Of a stretch of DNA of 64,000 nt, positions 63,023 to 64,000 are shown in pieces. The notes under the pieces were generated by a model. It made no database searches and was not told the origin of the DNA. It saw only the letters and a list, made by a program, of their open reading frames with translations. A program made the translations under genes and the position numbers. Every line of letters begins with the position of its first letter. Within the stretch, counting starts at the first letter, position 1. Source of the stretch: Amphiscolops sp. MND2022 (taxonomy: Eukaryota); the NCBI GenBank assembly GCA_964187785.1, contig OZ076409.1:85066001-85130000 (forward strand), given 5' to 3'.

Positions 63023-64000
63023 AGGCAAATGACCTGGCCATCTGTTATTTCAAACTGGAGGAAACTCATTACTTCTTGAAGCTTGTTTTACATGCATTCA
63101 TATATGACTCTTATACACCAGCATCATTTAAATTTGTCATTATATTTAACTGTGCTCGCAAATTATTACCCATTCATAAACAATTCACTAAATGTTACAA
63201 GGTATTAACCTATTTGATGTATAATACCGCTCAACATGATTTGTAGTGAAATGAATAAATTATACGTGATTTGTATGATGCATTAGTACGTATGGACTTT
63301 GACATTTGAATTAATCCGCCGTACTAAGTTTGCAGCATATTGCAGTACAAAATTGCATTTTTCAACTTTTCGATTATAACTTTTAGAGGTATGACTCATT
63401 GCGTTGACTTAATCATACGTGCTACATTATGTTGAAACCAATATTTGCATTACATATGAGTCATACTACGGTTTGTCACATTCTTCCCATTAACGATAAA
63501 CGGATTGATGCAGTTTTCGTGTTAACCAATCATAGAGAATTATTCGTCATGCAAGATACTATTAATAGATAGTTGTGTCATGTAAGAATCTATTTATATA
63601 ATTTTGGAAAATAATGGAGTGCTATTTTTATCCATTACATAAAATGATGTAATAATGATTTCCTAAAAATTGGCTGTCATGCTGCTAAATATAGCCCAAA
63701 TTAAAAAGGAGAGTAAGGAACCCGATAATATTCATTCGACAGAAAAACTCCCAGACTGATCAGACCTCTCTTTTTATCTTCACAATCTTTGTTTTCAACT
63801 TCAATAATTCAACGTTATGCACATTTTCTTCAATCTCATTTCAACCCGATTTCACTTTGTTTCTCAAACTTAATTAAAATTCTTCTCTCCAACATTGCAT
63901 TTTAATCTGGCCAAGATGGGAAACAAGAGAAATAGGAGATCTAGACGAGGACAATCACCTTCACTTGAGAGAGAGTTGAGTGCATCAGAAATAGAGACAT
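62979..64000 (+). repeat. 3' LTR of Gypsy element (partial, truncated by window edge)
   Basis: Direct repeat of 49102-50127, including the gag start ATGGGAAACAAGAGAAATAGG. Confidence 0.9.

Larger units (their letters stand above)
49102..64000 (+). mobile_element. Large Ty3/Gypsy LTR retrotransposon with extra genes (3' end beyond window)
   Basis: 49101-50127 is repeated at 62978-64000 with few differences. PBS TGGTGACAGG follows ...TATCACA (50607). gag, then PR-RT-RH-IN order, then ~6.5 kb of extra internal sequence. Confidence 0.95.

Overview
AT-rich eukaryotic (invertebrate-animal-like) genomic DNA, mostly transposable elements. The only host gene seen is part of a minus-strand SLC10 (Na+/bile-acid symporter family) gene: three phase-compatible exons at 1.3-8.3 kb, possibly disrupted at the 3' end. 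The LTR retrotransposons are a complete but decayed BEL/Pao element (19641-26954, TSD ATTTC), a young BEL-derived element with long open but catalytically unrecognisable ORFs (35346-41441, TSD CCCGT), several BEL and Gypsy relics, and a >14.9-kb Ty3/Gypsy element (49102 to beyond 64000). There are also four DINE-1/HINE-like (Helentron non-autonomous) copies, a tRNA-derived SINE and MITEs. Two observations stand out. (1) The Gypsy element carries a six-exon, GT-AG spliced antisense gene of about 1,100 codons with a BED-type zinc finger and hAT-transposase-like traces, paired divergently with an intact 379-aa sense ORF, and its gag ORF starts inside the LTR and reads through the PBS. (2) Back-to-back double palindromes recur (0.35, 1.0, 9.6 and 18.4 kb) with a shared pattern: a 2-bp duplication across the two tips, C and G loop bases in two cases, and a 2-3-nt microhomology join. 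They look like very long hairpin (P-nucleotide) footprints of DNA-transposon excision. All family assignments were made by eye from motifs; no database search was run.
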